DNA from: Tortispora ganteri
Lineage: Eukaryota
Assembly (NCBI GenBank): GCA_003707115.1
Contig: PPNB01000016.1
Location: 62,001 to 126,000 of the forward strand
DNA length: 64,000 nucleotides
Direction: 5' to 3'
How positions within the stretch are numbered: position 1 is the stretch's first letter; each line of letters starts with the position of its first letter. Of this stretch, positions 20,479 to 31,601 are shown piece by piece. The position numbers and the translations under genes were made by a program. The notes beneath the pieces are model-generated. The model did no database searches, was not told where the DNA came from, and saw nothing but the letters and a program-made list of their open reading frames with translations.

Positions 20479-22452
20479 TCAATCGTGGTTATATTCTAGG
20501 AACTGAGAAATATCGAAATTTTTCGGCAAGAATCCAATTGAATCTCGGTTATCATCCAATAAGCGCGCATATTCAAGCAGAAGAAGAAACTTGTAAGTAT
20601 TCATATCCTCTCTTCGAATAGCTTTGTTTACCCAATTTTGGCTGTTCTCACCTATTTTCTTCGCCAATGCAGTTCGCGCAGGTGCACCATCGCTATACCC
20701 TGTAAAATAGGCTAAGGAAGCAAAAGCTTCCTTAAATTCGATGTCAAAAGGTACAAAATTAGCCCAGGGAATCAGCCTTGAATCGTGCCATTCACGGAAA
20801 ATTGTCGACTTGAATGCAAGTGAAAGGCTCTGCAAAAACGGGATAAATCTTCCGGAAAATGTTTTCCCGTCAACGTCAAACAGATACTTGTATGTGAACG
20901 TTTCCGCAAATGTAGTTTGACTTTTCATTTCAAATTGGTTATATTGTTTTTCTATGCAAGATTTGTCTTCAGGTGGGCACCACCCAATTTCAGTAAACCC
21001 GATATCGGTATATTCATTGAGGTATTGTCGTGGATCTTCGGGATAACACAGATCGTCATTAGAATAGTTACAAATGTAACCATACATAGACAATCCATTC
21101 TCAAAAACATGAGACGAATTGAAAAGGTTGATAAGTCTATGGCGCTGGAAGCTATTCCAATTATGGGCATTGCCTAGACCTTCCGAAGGCACACCTCTCC
21201 AAATAGCTTTGTCTTTCTTTTGTTCAAAATTTGTGTCATGTTCAGGAGTATATGTATACCTTTCATCGTCAGTAAAATACATATTCGCAGGGTAGAGGAT
21301 ATCATTGTTAACACTGAGCTTGCATTCTGAGAAAATAGGGATTAGCTTCTGAGATACAGCTGTGCTACTTGGTGCAATAAGATAACCATTTAGACGCTTA
21401 GCTAAGTGTCCGATTGTGCAGATATCTGAAGAGATGTTAAAATTATACACAAATCCGCCTTTCGGTGTGAGATACTTAGCGGATGGAGAATATTCTTCGT
21501 CAAAGACAGGTGAAGAAGGCGGACACGCTGTAAGCATAACATCAAAAAGAGGGTCACCACCATCACGCATCCATATAATTGTTGTGTTATTGTACTCATC
21601 ATCCGATGGGTGATTAGATGTTGTGTGGAAGTTATTAGAAGGGTTTTCAGTGATTGTGCGTGAATTATGCTCGACTTTGTTAAGTCGCTCAATGTCATCA
21701 AATGGAACTATAACTCGAGGCTCATCACTGAGATTGAGAACAATCTCCATATCGGGAAGATGATTTATAAATGAGGAAATAGAATTTATAAACGTGTGCG
21801 CTCGCCAATGTGTTACAGGGTGAGCCTTCTCATAGCCTTCCATCGCAGCTTTATGAGAAGAAATTTTGATGACAGATACTCCGGACTCATTGTACAATTT
21901 TGCTACAGTAGCGCGAAGTTGTGCTGCAGGTATACCCCAAAATGGGCGTAAGTCATTGTATATTTGGTCAAAATCAGTAAGATCCAACACATTCATTTTC
22001 TTAGCATAAGCATACCACTTGTCAAAGTTTGGAGGTGGGATCCTGCCATGTTTGCTAATGTACCAATTTGTAAGATCTTCTAAAGAGAAGTGTTTAGGAT
22101 GCAATTTGCTATCGTAATTAAGCATACCAAGAACAATTAACTCCTGAATGGGATCGCGTGAGGCGAATGATCCTATTTCTTCTTTAGTCAACAGCTTCTT
22201 TTGCAAAGCCAGGTCATATCGTCTATGTTTATCTTGTCCTTGTGCATCTGGTCTATATTTTAAATGTTGGTTCTGAGCGCCCTCTGATGCCTCTACAATA
22301 GTGTCATGCTGAAACCGTGATAGAGGATGAAACTCCAGGAACCCAAAATTGAACAGTAACAGCATGCAATTACATAGAATGACGAACGCAGTAACAACAT
22401 GAAGTCCTCGATGGTTCTTAATTTTCGACAGACCCGCTGACCAGTCAACCAT
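20479..22452 (-). CDS. GT90 family glycosyltransferase (CAP10/CXT1-like), paralog of the adjacent gene
   Basis: Same motif set: HGRIPPPNFDKWY, YKYLFDVDGKTFSGRF, KSTIFREWHDSRLIPW and LLLLEYARL. Confidence 0.9.
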   Translation of the reverse strand: MVDWSAGLSKIKNHRGLHVVTAFVILCNCMLLLFNFGFLEFHPLSRFQHDTIVEASEGAQNQHLKYRPDAQGQDKHRRYDLALQKKLLTKEEIGSFASRDPIQELIVLGMLNYDSKLHPKHFSLEDLTNWYISKHGRIPPPNFDKWYAYAKKMNVLDLTDFDQIYNDLRPFWGIPAAQLRATVAKLYNESGVSVIKISSHKAAMEGYEKAHPVTHWRAHTFINSISSFINHLPDMEIVLNLSDEPRVIVPFDDIERLNKVEHNSRTITENPSNNFHTTSNHPSDDEYNNTTIIWMRDGGDPLFDVMLTACPPSSPVFDEEYSPSAKYLTPKGGFVYNFNISSDICTIGHLAKRLNGYLIAPSSTAVSQKLIPIFSECKLSVNNDILYPANMYFTDDERYTYTPEHDTNFEQKKDKAIWRGVPSEGLGNAHNWNSFQRHRLINLFNSSHVFENGLSMYGYICNYSNDDLCYPEDPRQYLNEYTDIGFTEIGWCPPEDKSCIEKQYNQFEMKSQTTFAETFTYKYLFDVDGKTFSGRFIPFLQSLSLAFKSTIFREWHDSRLIPWANFVPFDIEFKEAFASLAYFTGYSDGAPARTALAKKIGENSQNWVNKAIRREDMNTYKFLLLLEYARLLDDNRDSIGFLPKNFDISQFLEYNHD

Positions 22453-22838
22453 CTTGTGTAGAGCTTATAATCACACTGAATAGGTGATTCGTCTAACTCG
22501 GCAACTTGAAAGTTTTAAAATAGTAATTACCCGGGAGGGTTTATGACTTTACCCTACGTCCAAGAAACCAAAGTTGAACGGTTCAACTGTCGAGATGAAT
22601 GTGATACAAGCTGCATCAATAATCATTAAAAGAAATGACAAAAATATTGCAAGTATATTTTTCATATATTAAACGAAATACATATATCGTATATGTTTAA
22701 TTGCTGTGTTTCATGTCAATTAATAAACAATACAAGAAAAGATACTTATCCCTTATTGGTTCAACTTTAAATCGAACCGCAACTGGTGCAAATAAGATCT
22801 AGCTTCAAGAATACTTGCAAACCTTCAATTATCGAACC

Positions 22839-25436
22839 ATGGAAGGAACGTCTGCGATAGCCAAGAAGAAACGGACGTCTAAGACGTTCAAATGTACTCA
22901 TCCAGGATGTAATAAAGTGTTTAATCGACTTGATTACCTTGAACGGCACGCTATGAATCACTTAGCTGTTCGGCCGTTTAAATGCACTATTTGCGATCTA
23001 GCATTTACTCGCAAAGACCTTCTCCGTAAACACACATTGTCTAAATCACATATGACGCGGTTCAATGAATTTCAAGGTCAAAATAACATTCTTCCTAATG
23101 GTTCTACTTTTGTATCACCGAGCAACAGTTCAAATGTCGCCAATAACTCTTCATTCGCCCAAACCTATCACACCACAACTCCTTCAGACAACCTATCTCG
23201 CCAGAACTACTCCACTAGTGGGTCTTACGACGATAAGCAAGTACGATCAAACTCTATACCTTTTCCACTCGCCCGCGATTCTATCCCGAGCCAGGACGAA
23301 GACTTACACCAGCTCTTCTTTGACGTCACCAATGGTAAACACGGTAATCCTCCCCCATCAAACGCGCCCCCGGTTTCTAATCCTTATTTGGACCCACAGG
23401 TCGAGAATCCAACTCTCCATTTTGATATAAGTTTGGCAGATAACTATGCATGGTTGTTTAATGAATCCGCTTATGACAGTTCCTCCACAAGGAGTGATGA
23501 AGACACATACAAGCAAACCACATACCCATTCTCAATGAACACTCCTTCAATCGATCCTTTCTCTCTTCCGTTTGCTGACCTGCCTTCAGATGATATAGAA
23601 TCGAATCAGATCTTAGACTTTGTTGACGGCGGTATTGTCGAAAATGAGTATTATGCTCCCCCTATCTTGCTTAGTCAGGAACGTCTCATCGATCAACCTA
23701 CCGCAGAACGCATCATAAAGTTCCTCAGCGTTATTCCTGGTGTCTCTGATCGCCTTTATCTTCTTGATATATCTCATCTGAACAGCTACCTTATACTGTA
23801 CTTTGAAAAATTTCACACGCTTTACCCGTTCCTCCACCTGCCGACCTTCTACTCCTACAACACACAGTCAGCGGTCTTGGTCGCAATGATCACTATAGGT
23901 ATGAATTACTACGAGGATCCGGACGCCTATTACCTGGCAGTCGCTATACACAGACGTTTCAGAAGCATCATTATCATTCTGATAGAAGACCAGCCTCGCG
24001 TGCCCCTTTGGATCATTCAGACGTTGCTCCTTGCTAATTATTTCGATAGAATGTTTGGAACTAACATACAATACGATATGGCACAGGTGTTCCATTCGTC
24101 TAATGTCACTCTTATGAGATTCTCCGGGTATCTTTCCCCTATGCCTACTCCACAAGTCGACGCTAAACACGACCTCAACTTGCTAGAAATGCAATGGGTT
24201 AACTGGGTCGAATATGAGTCTACGAAACGTGCTGTTTTCTTTATGCTTATTTCTGACACTCTTCATGCCACTTTGTTTAAAAATCCGATCTCTATGTCTC
24301 TGTTTGAAGTCCCTTTCGAGCTCCCTGAACATGAATCACTATGGAACGCTGCCTCCGCACAGCAGTTTCTTTCCATTAAGGAACAAATACTTGCTAACGA
24401 AAGACGAATGTCCGCTAATGCGAGTTCTATGGATAAACAGACCCATAATGCTTCATTCTTAAGTTTACTGCGCCGCTTGATTAATTACGGCTCGTTCCAA
24501 AAGGGCACAGCAATAGACTATTCTTCTAAGTTGTCACCGTTATCGCGTCTTATTCTTCTACACGGCTTACTTAATATTTATTGGGATATGCAATATCGAG
24601 GACTTCTTGATATTGGACTCATTTCTGACAAGCGTATGGAATTACTCTCGGGAAAAATAAAAACGGCACTTCAAAACTGGAAAGCTTCTTTTGACTCTTA
24701 CTTGTCTACAAACACATTTGGAACAACACTCTCAAGTCAAAGTGATCTTCTTTATTTTATTAATCCTATTTGCACGTTATGTTGGACCTCGTATCAGATG
24801 GGACTCACTGCCATGCATTCTGATTCGCTAACATTGCGCACGTACGCCGGTGCTCCTCGAGTCATGGGCAGAGCAGTGCGCCTTGACGAACGAAAACTAT
24901 CGAAAAAGAAAGTCATTGAGTGGTGTCACTCATACGACGGCCGTGTTGCTGCCTGGCAAGCTAAAGAGTTTTTCCGTGTGGTACTCAAAGTGCCTTCTCT
25001 TCTCAGATTGGTCTCATCGCTCTACTGGAGTCTTTATATCTGCGCCCTCACTCTGTGGTGTTATGAGTTTGGCCATATAGATACATTAGAAGAGTCCAAT
25101 AAACCCCGAACTACCGGTACACATGCTGCAGCTTCGTCAAAAGCAGCTGAGTTTTGCACTACGTTGTTTCGCAAGTATCTTCTAGCTGATGGTAATATTG
25201 ATGTATCGCTAGCCCGAAAGGATGCGCTAGCTTATATCAGGCTTATCAATGTTGATAATGACGAAAAACTAGACGTTCCAACCCCTGATTTAGAAACGCG
25301 CACAGAGCGCGCGAAACTGGCAGTCGGCCTACTCACCTACACTTACAGCATTCTCAAAAACGTCAAATGGGGAACTGTAGGAGTAGGACGTTATGTTATC
25401 GAACAGTTACTGTACGGCTCAGATTTTGCCTTTTAG
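22839..25436 (+). CDS. C2H2 zinc-finger transcription factor with a fungal-specific TF (MHR) domain
   Basis: Two C2H2 fingers (CTHPGC...ERHAMNH; CTIC...RKHTLSKSH), then YFEKFHTLYPFLHLPTF and WVEYESTKRAVF. First ATG is at 22839. Confidence 0.9.
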   Translation: MEGTSAIAKKKRTSKTFKCTHPGCNKVFNRLDYLERHAMNHLAVRPFKCTICDLAFTRKDLLRKHTLSKSHMTRFNEFQGQNNILPNGSTFVSPSNSSNVANNSSFAQTYHTTTPSDNLSRQNYSTSGSYDDKQVRSNSIPFPLARDSIPSQDEDLHQLFFDVTNGKHGNPPPSNAPPVSNPYLDPQVENPTLHFDISLADNYAWLFNESAYDSSSTRSDEDTYKQTTYPFSMNTPSIDPFSLPFADLPSDDIESNQILDFVDGGIVENEYYAPPILLSQERLIDQPTAERIIKFLSVIPGVSDRLYLLDISHLNSYLILYFEKFHTLYPFLHLPTFYSYNTQSAVLVAMITIGMNYYEDPDAYYLAVAIHRRFRSIIIILIEDQPRVPLWIIQTLLLANYFDRMFGTNIQYDMAQVFHSSNVTLMRFSGYLSPMPTPQVDAKHDLNLLEMQWVNWVEYESTKRAVFFMLISDTLHATLFKNPISMSLFEVPFELPEHESLWNAASAQQFLSIKEQILANERRMSANASSMDKQTHNASFLSLLRRLINYGSFQKGTAIDYSSKLSPLSRLILLHGLLNIYWDMQYRGLLDIGLISDKRMELLSGKIKTALQNWKASFDSYLSTNTFGTTLSSQSDLLYFINPICTLCWTSYQMGLTAMHSDSLTLRTYAGAPRVMGRAVRLDERKLSKKKVIEWCHSYDGRVAAWQAKEFFRVVLKVPSLLRLVSSLYWSLYICALTLWCYEFGHIDTLEESNKPRTTGTHAAASSKAAEFCTTLFRKYLLADGNIDVSLARKDALAYIRLINVDNDEKLDVPTPDLETRTERAKLAVGLLTYTYSILKNVKWGTVGVGRYVIEQLLYGSDFAF

Positions 25437-25604
25437 TTTATTTTTGATATATGTATACTAGCGTGAGCAATATAATATAAGGAGAGGGAGATACATAAGT
25501 AGAAACTACACAAAGAATAGAGTAAAGGACCATGCAGGATAAACATAGGAGTTTTCTTGCCTAATAGAGAACAATTATGAATACACTTGTGTTACAAACA
25601 GCGC

Positions 25605-28193
25605 TTAATCAACAATGGCAGACTCGACCGCAGAACGGGTTTTTTCCTCTCCTCTGGGTCCTGAGGATGTAACACTAGGTATTCCATCAGCAAAGAACAA
25701 AGGCATTTCTCCTTCTGCTTTAGTTAACGGCTGAATGTCACTGCCAGCACCAAAACTGCCTGTAGGGCGACGATACTGGGAACTACCCCTGGATTTAGAG
25801 ACAGATCCCGCTCGTTTCATCTTTAGGACGTCAGCAGGGATATCTGCATCTTCGGGCGCTCTAGCAGCGCCAATTCCATAATCTGGTTCCTCGGACGCGT
25901 GGTACGTTTGCGTGAGACGTCTTTCAACCTCAGGCGCAACGTGTGAGTCAACAGGCTCGAAATCTTGGTCATAGGGTAATGTAGAATTAGTAGGTTTCTT
26001 CAAATCATAAGACAATAAAGAAAGTTGGTCCATGTCTTTAGGAGCAGGGACAATAAGCTGGTCACCAGGACTTGCAGTTCCTTCCTGAAATATAAGACTA
26101 CGACGCTCGGCTGAGGCGTGACTGTCGACTTTCTCAAGCAATGGCAAAACAGTTCCTTTGGCTCCTAAAGCACCTGCAGTAGAATTTTCAGCAATTGCAC
26201 TTGAGCTACCCACCCCATTGGCCACAGAATTTTGCTCAGCATCGGCGTTAACAGGTGCCTCAGTAGTGACAGTAGGAATAGTGGCATTGTCAACATCATC
26301 GATAATGTTCAAGCTCTCTTTAACATGACCTGGGACAACAGCAGGAACACCTTTATTCTTGACAATAGTCAGCGCCAAACGTTCACTTATTGACATTGAC
26401 GTGAGAGCAGCGATATCGTTAAACCATGCAAGCATCTCAGCCCGGTTGTCCGCCCTAAAAACCCAATTATGGCCTTTATGTACAACACCATCATTCTTGG
26501 CGTATACAGTAAACCTCTGGGAGGAGGCCGATGCATCTGCATAATCTTGAACAGAACATTCATCCAGATTCAGAGACATGACAGGGACAAGATCTTTTAC
26601 TCGGTCGTTGGTCTTAAACTCATGCAGGTGAGTTCTGGTAAGCACGTACCAACCTCTAGTATAAGATTTGAGGTACTTAGACCGACGCTCTAGATAACCA
26701 CAACGCACCTCAAGAGTTGATGGATGGTCTTTACCAACGTAAACAAGTTCAGATAATTTACGCGGGGGCAAATCAGGATTCATAAAGTTTGGATCACTGT
26801 GAACAAGGTGATCCCATTCCGTGCAAGGGTCTGAACCAACAAATCCTTCCTGGTAGGACTTTATTTGGGCGAGCATAGCAGCAGCTATTTCATCGCCGGA
26901 TTTGACAACAGCATCAAATGCAGCCTGAAGTTCAATGACGACAATCTTTTCCAGTTCACGGCCTGATTCTTCCACATTCAGATATGCCTCACGTAAATAG
27001 GTTTCTTCATGAATATGGCGAGCAAGCTGTCGATCAACAGCGAGACGGCATACAAAGGGATCAACTCTGGCGACGGTATTAGAAGACTTCAGAGACTTGA
27101 TAGCACTTTGGAGTGCCGATAATTCCCTTGCAGTACCAGCCTGCTCCTTTGCAATAGAGGTTTTAAAGTCGCCTGAAACAGATTTTATTTCCTTTATCTT
27201 ACCATGAAGGTCATGGCGGAGGTCATCAAGGCGAGGCAGGATGACCTCATTGATTTCATGGGCAACTCTGCCTGCAGAAGCAGCACAAGAGCGATGATAT
27301 TGGGCGGTTGCGGTCTGGACATCGCGCAGGCCGCCTTTATCAGCAGCCATGAAGCCAGCTTCATCAAGGCCAGTGAATACAAGGGCGTTTTCGAGACGGA
27401 GATGAGAGCGAGAAATGTCCTCTTGTGAGGCAGCGAAATGAGAAAGGTAGCTAGATACCGCTTTTATTATTTTTCTCCATGTGGAGAATCTTGACGCAAG
27501 AATTTCTGTAGGGTTACCGTGGAGCGGAACGGGTGAGAACAATGCGTCAGTTAACTCAGGGAACTTGCCATCCTGGGCAGTGACGGGTGGCCTGTTCGTA
27601 TCAGTGAGGACCGATGACCTGTCAGCTTGTGAGGGGGGCATTGGATAAGAATGTTGAGTGGAAAAGGCAGTTAAATAAGAGCTGACAAAGGAAGATGCGG
27701 TTTGGTGATAGTATAAAAAGCTTTGTGAACCTTTTGGCAAAAAAAAAGAAGGGGTTAGTGTCGGAAACCAGATTAAAAAGGGCGCTATCCTAAAGCAAGA
27801 TTTGAGTTTGTTGTTTACGGCTACCTCCTTTTCTTAGGCAGCAACGCGATCGGCAGACGGTTGAGTTAAGCAAGATATAAATTGTAAGTAGACAAGAAGG
27901 AGAATACAATGTAGCAATTAGTAAACAATAGTTTAATCAATGCGCAGACGAATGTATGCGTGATAACAATGAGATGCAGCTAGGCTACTGGGATGTATAG
28001 GTAGGTGTAGAGAAAGGAATAGTGGTAGGGTTAGGGAGGGGGTGGAAAAGCTGGGCTGGATGGATGGAAAAAACAGTAAGGAATTACCGTAATAGGAAAT
28101 AGCAACGAAGGAAAAATCACGTGACTTACCTTTAGCTGTAACTGCTTCGGTAGATACTGTAGCCAAGCTGGCTGCAGAGCAGCCGAGGTTCAT
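25605..28193 (-). CDS. SLM1: BAR-like + PH domain phosphoinositide-binding protein (Slm1/Slm2 family). Possible upstream exon 28193-28130; alternative start at ATG 27641
   Basis: LASRFSTWRKIIK helical domain and PH domain GYLERRSKYLKSYTRGWYVLT...HNWVFRA...MLAWFNDI. A putative 399-nt intron 27731-28129 (GTAAGT...CACTAAC, polypyrimidine tract, AAG) joins a 21-codon exon in frame. The 5' structure is less certain than the family call. Confidence 0.8.
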
Positions 28194-28451
28194 TTCGCTG
28201 TATAGCTGTCAAACTGCGTAGCTCTAAGATGACAATTCAAAGCACAATTGAGGTGCTGCCACAGGGCTAGCAGCGGTTAATACGGATGCAATGCTACGAT
28301 CAGAAAGGATGATGTCAGAGCAGTTCGCAGGGAGTAGTTATACGAATTACTTTCTAAGGTTAGGGTTAAAACAGGAGCATTCGTTTAGAACATAGTCACA
28401 TGGTGAGAGTGTAGTTTATGGGAAATTGTAGGGCTGTGAGTGGGGTCATGT

Positions 28452-28883
28452 TTAGTCGTCAAGTACTAGGAATGTGCCTTGACGGAATTTATCATCATTG
28501 TATACGCTTTGACCTACTTCCCAGCCAGGTACATCTTTCATGATTTCCTTCTCTTTGGCCAAGCGGATGTAGTGCTTGCGTACAAGATCTCTATCGAGTT
28601 CTGCGGAAAGGGCAGGAAGAAGATAAATACGGGACCAGGTCTTTTCGCGTTCCAATTCACGTCGTTCTTCTAGGCCTTTGTAGTGGCGATAGAAGCCGTA
28701 TGCTGATATGGCGCCAATAATGGCTAAAACTGTAGAGGGTCTAAATCCTCGAGCCGGTAGGTTTCGCTGGCGGTCAGGTTAGCTATATACTTCAGAATAT
28801 ATGTAAACAATGCAATGTGCAAAACTTACCCTCCATTGAACAGGCTCGTAACCTCCTTTCGGTGGAAGATCTTGACCTGGCAT
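28452..28883 (-). CDS. NDUFA13: Mitochondrial complex I accessory subunit NDUFA13/GRIM-19 (NB6M); 2 exons (28883-28830, 28766-28452)
   Basis: Spliced product MPGQDLPPKGGYEPVQWR|RNLPARGFRP...EREKTWSRIYLLPAL...IMKDVPGWEVGQSVY. 63-nt intron 28767-28829 (GTAAGT...AGCTAAC...CAG). Confidence 0.93.
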
Positions 28884-29091
28884 AGCTATTTTATGTCTAT
28901 TATGATGGTAAGAAGGAAGGCCTTGAAAGGGTTATTAGCAATTTAAGAATGGGAGAGCTAGTATTGGTTGATAGGGGGTACAGATGGGGTTATTAGGGCT
29001 AACTGGTAAATATGTGATTTACGCAGACTAGTTTTCGTACACAGTCATTCTCAAGAACTTATAGTGCTATAATTCTTTAACCTATTAAAAT

Positions 29092-29964
29092 ATGACGCTT
29101 GAAAATTTGATGGAAAGGCATCCGGGCATGTCAAAAAACGCTTGGAAGAGGTATTTGAAGGAAAAGCGGTGGGAAGAGACAAAGGATCAACGGCGAGAGC
29201 AACGCAAAGAGAAATTACGCTTAAAGAAACAAGAACGAAAACAGCAACAGGCCAACTTGAATGAAGCCAATAATATCGATAGCACTGTAATTCAACATCG
29301 CAATAGACCTGGAAGAAGGGTATTAGAACCCGATGATTTTGCTCCCTATACGCTGGTAATTGACTGCGCATTTGATGAACTAATGATTCCTAAGGAGGTG
29401 GTATCGCTTAGTGCGCAGATTGTCCGTGCATATTCAGAAAATCGCAAGATTGAACACCCTCTACATTTATCAGTCACTTCTTTCAATGGCAGATTAAAGG
29501 AGCGGTTCGAAACTAATATGAAAGGCTCCTACACGTTGTGGAAAGACATCACATTCAGTTCTGACCCTTATGAGATTCCCGAAGACAAATCGTCGTTAGT
29601 ATACTTGTCATCAGACTCTCCACATATAATAAACGCGCTAGAACCCAACAAAACTTATATTATAGGAGGCATAGTTGACAAGGGTCGTTATAAAAATCTT
29701 TGTCTCGACAAGGCAACGAAACAAGGAATAGCAACTGCAAAACTTCCCATATCAGAGTACATTGAGGTCTCTGGACGAAAAGTATTAACTACAAACCATG
29801 TAGTAGAAATTCTGTTAAAATGGTCCGAACTAAAAGATTGGAAACAGGCTTTCATGGCAGTTATACCACCTCGCAAGATTAAGACGCAGCAAGAAATTCC
29901 GGCTAACGTACTCACACCCGAGACCAGATCCGAGAATGAAGCTGAAAACAATACCACTGAATAA
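29092..29964 (+). CDS. TRM10: tRNA m1G9 methyltransferase
   Basis: MSKNAWKR...W, VIDCAFDELM, VYLSSDS, YIIGGIVDKGRYKNLC and RKVLTTNHVVEI. Confidence 0.95.
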   Translation: MTLENLMERHPGMSKNAWKRYLKEKRWEETKDQRREQRKEKLRLKKQERKQQQANLNEANNIDSTVIQHRNRPGRRVLEPDDFAPYTLVIDCAFDELMIPKEVVSLSAQIVRAYSENRKIEHPLHLSVTSFNGRLKERFETNMKGSYTLWKDITFSSDPYEIPEDKSSLVYLSSDSPHIINALEPNKTYIIGGIVDKGRYKNLCLDKATKQGIATAKLPISEYIEVSGRKVLTTNHVVEILLKWSELKDWKQAFMAVIPPRKIKTQQEIPANVLTPETRSENEAENNTTE

Positions 29965-29971
29965 AAATATC

Positions 29972-31510
29972 TTAGAAATCTAATCCCTCAGATTCGCGTG
30001 AACGTTTAAGCGATCGTTCAGCTTTATGCTGTTCATTATAGAACTTTCGGAAGTAGTCAACGTAAGGGCGTAAACTAGTGTTTTCATAGGTATTTTCAGA
30101 AGCGCGTTTTTCTTGCACTTCTTTTAAAAGCTCAGTGGCGATAGGTACTGAGCTAGGGTCGAATGTATCGATCTGGTCTGTAGGTATTGGCACGCAGATT
30201 TTCTGAGTCTTCGGATGTATGCAAAAAGGAGATTTTAACAAATGGTTTAGTTTCGTCGAAACATTCTCATCAAGACGCGGAGATAAATAGTAGAACATGA
30301 TATCTTGTTTCGCTTCAAGCAAAGCGTTTCTGTCAAGAGTCTTTAAGTCTTTTGATTTCGCAATTTCGTCGATATCCTTCCATTTAGCTAAACTTGAGCG
30401 ACCAGGCTCATCGAGCCATTTTTGTTTAAGTCGTTGCTGGAATGGGCCATTATTTGGTAGTCTAGAAAGTAGCTGCTTTTCTGTACCTGGGGCCTCCCAG
30501 GGATTTTGGCCTTGAAGAACGACAGGTACAAAGTTGGATTTCAAGATTTCCAGAGTATGACTAAGCATAGGATGCAGCGGACGAGGAAGCTTGAGCTTAC
30601 CTTGACTTACTCCACGGAAGATGTTGACGTAGTCAACAATGCTGCGTCGTGCACTGTCCGAGAGGAAGCGCGCGCGGTAGTCTGATATCCATGCATGAAC
30701 GCCACGACGGCCTGAGAATACCCATAGAATGAATTTGAAACCAAAGTCGTGACGAAGAACAGAATCAATAACATGCATGGCAACTCGAACGAATCCCCAG
30801 CACTTATGGCAGATATCTGTTCCTGAGCAGCAGGATCGGATCTCGTCGTAATCTGTCATATCGATATCAAAGATAAGCTCTTTTTGTATTGGCTGAATTG
30901 ATTCTTTCTGGTATTTAGCGCGGTTTATAAGATCGATCGAGTATACAGGTCCAATCTCAAACCGCGCTGGATTAAGAAAAGATACTTCCTTCTTGAATGA
31001 TTCTGGTGTTTCGTAGCTGCGGTAGCGAGTGTACGCGCCATTATGAAGTTCCATGGCAATTTCGCGCTTGCTAAAATCGGGAGTCGGGTCAGGAGCATGG
31101 TTGAGCCACTGAAAAACAGGTCTGAAGGGAAACAAGTGCTTGTAATACATACTAGTAATATTTTCAAAGTCCTGTGGTAAAGGTTTAGATCTCATAACAG
31201 GTACAGGCCTAGCTGGCGTTACTGGTGTAGCTGCAACAGGTGTAATCAGGGCAGGTACAGCTGCAGCAGGCGATTTTGGCTGTACACTTTTGTTTAATTG
31301 TGAGTTTGATGCGCTTGCGCCTTGGAATATACGTAAGTCATCCAAATCCATATCATCAAAGACACCGTCATCAATATCGAAGTCGTCAAAGTCGTCATCT
31401 TTAGTGCCCCTATTAACCGGAGACGTTACCGGTGAACCTGTTGATGAAGAAGGAGGTTCAAGAGTCATTTGTGCAATTTTTGATTGAGAGTTTGGAGAAA
31501 CTACTGGCAT
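29972..31510 (-). CDS. PRI1: DNA primase small (catalytic) subunit
   Basis: KELIFDIDMTDYD, WVFSGRRGVHAWI and NHLLKSPFCIHPKT. Confidence 0.96.
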   Translation of the reverse strand: MPVVSPNSQSKIAQMTLEPPSSSTGSPVTSPVNRGTKDDDFDDFDIDDGVFDDMDLDDLRIFQGASASNSQLNKSVQPKSPAAAVPALITPVAATPVTPARPVPVMRSKPLPQDFENITSMYYKHLFPFRPVFQWLNHAPDPTPDFSKREIAMELHNGAYTRYRSYETPESFKKEVSFLNPARFEIGPVYSIDLINRAKYQKESIQPIQKELIFDIDMTDYDEIRSCCSGTDICHKCWGFVRVAMHVIDSVLRHDFGFKFILWVFSGRRGVHAWISDYRARFLSDSARRSIVDYVNIFRGVSQGKLKLPRPLHPMLSHTLEILKSNFVPVVLQGQNPWEAPGTEKQLLSRLPNNGPFQQRLKQKWLDEPGRSSLAKWKDIDEIAKSKDLKTLDRNALLEAKQDIMFYYLSPRLDENVSTKLNHLLKSPFCIHPKTQKICVPIPTDQIDTFDPSSVPIATELLKEVQEKRASENTYENTSLRPYVDYFRKFYNEQHKAERSLKRSRESEGLDF

Positions 31511-31543
31511 TTTAATAAAGGTTCACGTAGAAAATCTCTGTGA

Positions 31544-31601
31544 ACGCGACGCGATCAGTATGGGAGAAGTCAGAATTAGCGTGGCGCGTTCCTAGGCGCG
31601 T
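31544..31601. promoter_or_regulatory. Cluster of four MCB-like elements in the divergent PRI1/SLD2 promoter
   Basis: ACGCG at 31544 and 31549 and CGCGT at 31585 and 31597, within a 147-bp intergenic region between two S-phase genes. Confidence 0.7.
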
